A stretch of 20,000 nucleotides of DNA from an uncultured virus (IMG/VR IMGVR_UViG_3300009376_000004) (Duplodnaviria; Heunggongvirae; Uroviricota; Caudoviricetes). Under the pieces are notes generated by a model that was not told the origin of the DNA, ran no database searches, and saw nothing but the letters and a program-made list of their open reading frames with translations. Both the position numbers and the translations under genes were made by a program. Location: the IMG/VR virus record IMGVR_UViG_3300009376_000004, one strand, 5' to 3'. Positions 15,925 through 20,000 of this stretch are shown here, one piece after another (position 1 is the stretch's first letter; the number at the start of each line of letters is the position of its first letter).

Positions 15925-16236
15925 ATGCCGGGAAGAGGAAGACATTGGAAAGTAGGAGGACTAAAAGATTCAACAGTTACATCAGCAGACATTGTAGATG
16001 CAACAATAGTTTCAGCAGATATTAAAATTGCTGTAAGCGATATACAAACTGGTAATGGATCAGCACAAGCATTTGCTCATGGATTAGGAGTAGCACCAAC
16101 AAAAGTTATTTGTTGTGTATATCAAGATGCTAACGAATCAACACCAACAACTGTTACAGAAGGTTCAATTACTGCAAACAATGTAAGTCATACAGTCACA
16201 AGCGGAGCAAAATACAAGGTATTGGTGATAGCTTAG
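15925..16236 (+). CDS. Putative virion structural/fibre-associated protein
   Basis: Ser/Thr/Ala/Val-rich; VTSADIVDATIVSADI repeat; AHGLGVAPTKV. Confidence 0.6.
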   Translation: MPGRGRHWKVGGLKDSTVTSADIVDATIVSADIKIAVSDIQTGNGSAQAFAHGLGVAPTKVICCVYQDANESTPTTVTEGSITANNVSHTVTSGAKYKVLVIA

Positions 16237-16794
16237 ATGATTTTTTTAACAGAATCAGATAGCAATCAGATGCCAAAAGATATTGATCCAAATAATAACA
16301 TTTGTGCAGTATTAAAGAATGAGATTACAGGAGAGAAAAGATGGTGGTTTGGATCAAACATTGTAACCAATGATGGAGATATTTATTATGCTAAAAAGAG
16401 TGCGGCAACACCGGGAATTGCCACAAACGAAAATTTTGTACAAGGAAGAGCTGAATTAAGAACAGGAACAGTAACACCAGCAAAAACTGATACTTATCAA
16501 CAAGTAACAACACCTGTAACAGCTTCAAGAAAAACAATAGAATCAAACTATCCTAAAACAGATGATAGTGATACAGATAATTCAGGTAGAGGAGCTGACG
16601 CAGTTTCTTACAAATATTATTGGAATACTTCAGCATTTAATGCAACAGGTATTCTAGGTGGTTGTATTCATGACAATGCATCACCCGGAAATTCTACTAA
16701 ACTTTTAACTCATTGGACTTTTGCGGCTTCATTCAGTAAGACAGCAAATGATACCTTAACACTATTCGTCAATCATACGATGAACGGTGTCTAG
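16237..16794 (+). CDS. Putative tail/baseplate structural protein
   Basis: NIVTNDG near the N-terminus and KTANDTLTL at the C-terminus, typical of tail-associated beta proteins. Confidence 0.6.
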   Translation: MIFLTESDSNQMPKDIDPNNNICAVLKNEITGEKRWWFGSNIVTNDGDIYYAKKSAATPGIATNENFVQGRAELRTGTVTPAKTDTYQQVTTPVTASRKTIESNYPKTDDSDTDNSGRGADAVSYKYYWNTSAFNATGILGGCIHDNASPGNSTKLLTHWTFAASFSKTANDTLTLFVNHTMNGV

Positions 16795-16799
16795 TCCGA

Positions 16800-16961
16800 T
16801 TGTCTAAACCAATAACAATGTCTGGTATTTTCAGAATATTAGAAAGAATTGGTATGGGATTTCCTAAAGGTAAATCAGGTCTTAATGATAAAGTAAGATT
16901 CGAGGAAAAAATTAGTATTATCTTAAAGTCCGAAGATGGAAAGATCAAGGAGAAACAATAA
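16800..16961 (+). CDS. 53-aa hypothetical protein (not in ORF track)
   Basis: (M)SKPITMSGIFRILERIG..KSEDGKIKEKQ; TAATG overlap with the fibre gene. Confidence 0.6.
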   Translation: MSKPITMSGIFRILERIGMGFPKGKSGLNDKVRFEEKISIILKSEDGKIKEKQ

Positions 16962-19090
16962 TGGCACGAAAAGGTTATGGTAGAGCAGATTCATTAGTTT
17001 CAATAGGAACATATCCTGACGATGGTAGTTCACCAGTTGGAACAGATGAATGGAATAAGAATCCAAAGACCGATGGAATTTTTGGATTTGCTAAATCAAC
17101 AGCAGGGATATCATCAAACGGAATTACTGTAACAGATTCATATGTTGAAGTAACCGATGCTGGAACAATTCATAAGATATTATCACAAACAACAGCGTTA
17201 TCAACAACCTATTATGGAAGCGGAACTGATGGAGCTAGCACTTCAATAAAATCATTCGCAGAGGGAGATTTAATTTATGTAATCAAAGCAAATGGAGTGG
17301 GAACAGTAACATTAAATCATCAACAATCAGGTGTGACAGAAGGTAAGATAAACACATTATCAGGAGGAAATATAACACTAGATGAAAACGTTCCTAAAAT
17401 ATTCATGTGTAGAAATAAAGATCAAGCAGGTAATCTAGAATGGTTTGAATATGGTGGTGGTGTGGTAACAACGCCTACTGATATTACAGTAGCAGATACA
17501 ACCGACACTACTTGTTTCCCAGCTTTATTTGAATCGGCAACAGGCGATTTGGAACCAAAGACAGATGCAGGTATAACGTATAATGCAGGAACAGGAGTTT
17601 TAACTGCAACAGGATTTGCAGGACCATTGACAGGTAATGTAACAGGTAATGCAAGTGGAAGTTCAGGAAGTTGTACAGGTAATTCAGCGACAACAACAGC
17701 TTTAGCAAATGCTAGAACAATAGGAGGAACATCTTTTGATGGAACAGCTAATATTGCAGTAGCACTATCAGCAACAGCAACTGCATTGGCAACAGCAAGA
17801 ACTATTGGTGGTGTATCTTTTGACGGAACAGCAAATATTAACTTGCCGGGAGTAAATGCTTCAGGCACACAAGATACAAGTGGAACGTCAGCAGTAGCAA
17901 CAACAGTTACAATATCAGATAATGAATCAACGAATGAAAGTAATCTATTGACATTTACATCAGGTGGAGCTTCAACAGGAAATATAGCATTAGAATCCGA
18001 TGGTGATTTGAATTATAATCCATCAACAGGTCAATTAGCTTCAACAAAAGTTTATGGTCTATCAGAATTAAGAACAGGTGGAAACTTAGTCTTAGGTGGA
18101 GATCTAGATGCAACGACAAGTGCAACAGATGTAGATTTAATAGATAATAATGCAAGTGCATTAAGTTTTGATTCAGCAGGTAAAGCTGGAATATTGCAAT
18201 TAGTCACAACTGACGGAAGTGAAAAAGTAACCATGTCAGGTGATCTAGAAATTACAGGTGGTTTAACAGTAAGTGGAACAACAACCACAATAAACTCTAC
18301 AACTTTAACAGTTGATGATAAGAATATAGAATTAGCATCAACAGGAAGTCCATCAGATGCAGGAGCTAACTTGGGTGGAATTACATTAAGGGGAGATACA
18401 GACAAGACAATAATTTGGGATAATGCAAATGATAATTGGACTTCTAATCAAGATTGGAATATAGCATCAGGTAAAGTATTCAGAATAAACAATGCAAATA
18501 CATTAAGTGCAACAGCATTGGGAAGTGCAGTAGTAGGATCAAGTCTTACATCAGTAGGAACTATTGCAACAGGAGTTTGGAATGGAACAGCAGTAGCAGA
18601 TTCTTATATAGCTAGTGCTTCAACATGGAATGCTAAATTAGCAACAACCTTAACATCAGCACAATTATTTGTTGGAAATGGATCAAACGTTGCAACAGGT
18701 GTAGCTATGTCAGGTGATATTGCTATTAGTAATGCAGGTGCAACTACAATTCAAGCAGGTGCAGTAGATATTGCAATGCTTTCAGCAACAGGCACAGCAA
18801 GTTCATCAACATATCTTAGAGGAGATAACAGTTGGCAAGCTATATCAAGTGGATTCACAGCAACAGCAGATGATGACTTGGACTTTGTTGGAGATTATGA
18901 TATTGAAGATTTACAAAGAATTTGTTTTGAAGTACAAAGCACTGGATATACACTAAACGCAACTCATAATGAAAATAGAACAGGTGAAAGTCAAATGTTC
19001 GTAAGAACTATTGATTCTAATAACGAAGGACTTTTCATTAGATTAAAAAAGAATGGATCGAGTAACTACGAAGAAATTCAGATAGCATAG
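16961..19090 (+). CDS. Tail fibre-like virion protein
   Basis: 709 aa, G/T/A/S-rich; ARTIGG.SFDGTANI twice; GDLEITGGLTVSGTTTTINSTTLTVDDKNIEL and SSLTSVGT modules. Confidence 0.8.
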   Translation: MARKGYGRADSLVSIGTYPDDGSSPVGTDEWNKNPKTDGIFGFAKSTAGISSNGITVTDSYVEVTDAGTIHKILSQTTALSTTYYGSGTDGASTSIKSFAEGDLIYVIKANGVGTVTLNHQQSGVTEGKINTLSGGNITLDENVPKIFMCRNKDQAGNLEWFEYGGGVVTTPTDITVADTTDTTCFPALFESATGDLEPKTDAGITYNAGTGVLTATGFAGPLTGNVTGNASGSSGSCTGNSATTTALANARTIGGTSFDGTANIAVALSATATALATARTIGGVSFDGTANINLPGVNASGTQDTSGTSAVATTVTISDNESTNESNLLTFTSGGASTGNIALESDGDLNYNPSTGQLASTKVYGLSELRTGGNLVLGGDLDATTSATDVDLIDNNASALSFDSAGKAGILQLVTTDGSEKVTMSGDLEITGGLTVSGTTTTINSTTLTVDDKNIELASTGSPSDAGANLGGITLRGDTDKTIIWDNANDNWTSNQDWNIASGKVFRINNANTLSATALGSAVVGSSLTSVGTIATGVWNGTAVADSYIASASTWNAKLATTLTSAQLFVGNGSNVATGVAMSGDIAISNAGATTIQAGAVDIAMLSATGTASSSTYLRGDNSWQAISSGFTATADDDLDFVGDYDIEDLQRICFEVQSTGYTLNATHNENRTGESQMFVRTIDSNNEGLFIRLKKNGSSNYEEIQIA
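17711..17839 (+). repeat. Tail-fibre peptide repeat, 28-aa period
   Basis: ARTIGGTSFDGTANI (17711-17755) and ARTIGGVSFDGTANI (17795-17839), synonymously diverged. Confidence 0.85.
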
Positions 19091-19098
19091 GTATTCCT

Positions 19099-20000
19099 AT
19101 GGCAATAACATATCTTTCAGGAGAGAGAATACAAGGAAGTAGCACAACAAAAACTCATACAACATTGACATTTAATAGTAATGGAACATTCACACCATCA
19201 GCAGGAATATCTGTAAATTATGTAGTGGTTGGTGGTGGGGGTGGTGGTGCAAGAGATGCATATTCTGGTCAAAGAGGATCTGGTGGTGGTGGTGCAGGTG
19301 CATATAGAGAATCAGGTGTAACATCAAGCGATACAGCATTTACATCATCTAATACTGCATATACAATAACTGTAGGTACAGGTGGTACAGGTGGTGGTGC
19401 AAGTCCAGACACAAGTGAAGCATCTGTTGCAGGTGGTAATGGTAATAATTCATCAATATCAGGTTCAGGTTTAACAACTATCACAAGTAATGGTGGTGGA
19501 GGAGGTGGAGGTCATAGCACTTCATCTAATTACGCAGGTAACGCCAATGGTAATGCTTCTGGTGGAGGTGGAAGTAATGGATTATCAGGTGGTTCTGGTG
19601 GAACATATGGTAATAATGGTGGTTCAGGTGGTGGAACACCATACTCAGGTGGTGGTGGTGGTGGATCTAATTCAACAGGTTCTAATGGTTCAGGTGGTAA
19701 CGGTGGTAACGGTGGTTCTGGTAAAACACCCTCAACAACATATTTTTCATCTTCGGCATTAGCAGGTGGTGGAGGTGGAAATGGAGGAACATCAACAGGA
19801 ACAGGTCAAGCAGGTGGTGGTAGTGGCAGTCAATCAGGATCAGCAAATGCAGGTACTGCCAACACAGGTGGTGGTGGTGGTGGAAGTAGAGGTTTTCAAG
19901 CAGGAGCTGGTGGTTCTGGTGTAGTAATAATAAGTGTTCCAATAGGATCAAGTTATTCAACAACAGGAAGTCCAACAGTTGGTGAAGCAGGTTCACAAGA
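19099..20000 (+). CDS. Glycine-rich virion/fibre protein (3'-truncated, not in ORF track)
   Basis: MAITYLSGERIQG..TFNSNGTFTP..VNYVVVGGGGGG..YTITVG..ANTGGGGGG..GGSGVVII; open to the window end. Confidence 0.85.
   Translation, partial: MAITYLSGERIQGSSTTKTHTTLTFNSNGTFTPSAGISVNYVVVGGGGGGARDAYSGQRGSGGGGAGAYRESGVTSSDTAFTSSNTAYTITVGTGGTGGGASPDTSEASVAGGNGNNSSISGSGLTTITSNGGGGGGGHSTSSNYAGNANGNASGGGGSNGLSGGSGGTYGNNGGSGGGTPYSGGGGGGSNSTGSNGSGGNGGNGGSGKTPSTTYFSSSALAGGGGGNGGTSTGTGQAGGGSGSQSGSANAGTANTGGGGGGSRGFQAGAGGSGVVIISVPIGSSYSTTGSPTVGEAGSQ

Noticed and set aside
19228..19920. (GGT)n tracts as microsatellites or a DGR variable region
   Set aside because: Explained by poly-Gly coding; no reverse transcriptase or adenine-variant repeat pair seen.
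17422..19996. Alternative-frame ORFs (17422, 17508, 17955, 18052, 18771, 19269, 19490, 19682)
   Set aside because: Artefacts of Gly/Thr/Ala codon bias in the fibre genes.
1..20000. tRNA, rRNA, integrase, transposase, or stop-codon reassignment
   Set aside because: None recognised; genes tile the window under the standard code using TAA, TAG and TGA stops.

Overview
AT-rich, very gene-dense, mostly + strand segment of a dsDNA head-tail virus genome. The host is most likely a marine ammonia-oxidising archaeon (Nitrososphaeria/Thaumarchaeota). Support: an archaeal Hjc-type resolvase, TATA-like boxes about 29-33 nt upstream of apparently leaderless starts, and several small proteins resembling Nitrosopumilus conserved hypotheticals (from memory, not searched). 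Layout: (1-2009) 5'-truncated modular protein punctuated by ESKA(N/S)E repeats; (2039-13729) Hjc, then many small translationally coupled genes (Zn-finger microproteins, P-loop kinase, inverted secreted matrixin, HExxH peptidase, metallophosphoesterase, wHTH, RHH); (13848-15853) membrane proteins, CxCxCH microproteins, a second matrixin and an HPD protein; (15925-end) virion structural, tail-fibre and Gly-rich genes. Most notable: a candidate protease-processed, module-shuffled polyprotein; a strongly over-represented GGACTTTR octamer built from rare synonymous codons on both strands; CCWGG avoidance; a duplicated 18-nt promoter cassette; a five-member CxxC..CxCxCH microprotein family missed by the ORF track; and a candidate holin plus matrixin egress cassette. 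All counts come from manual reading.
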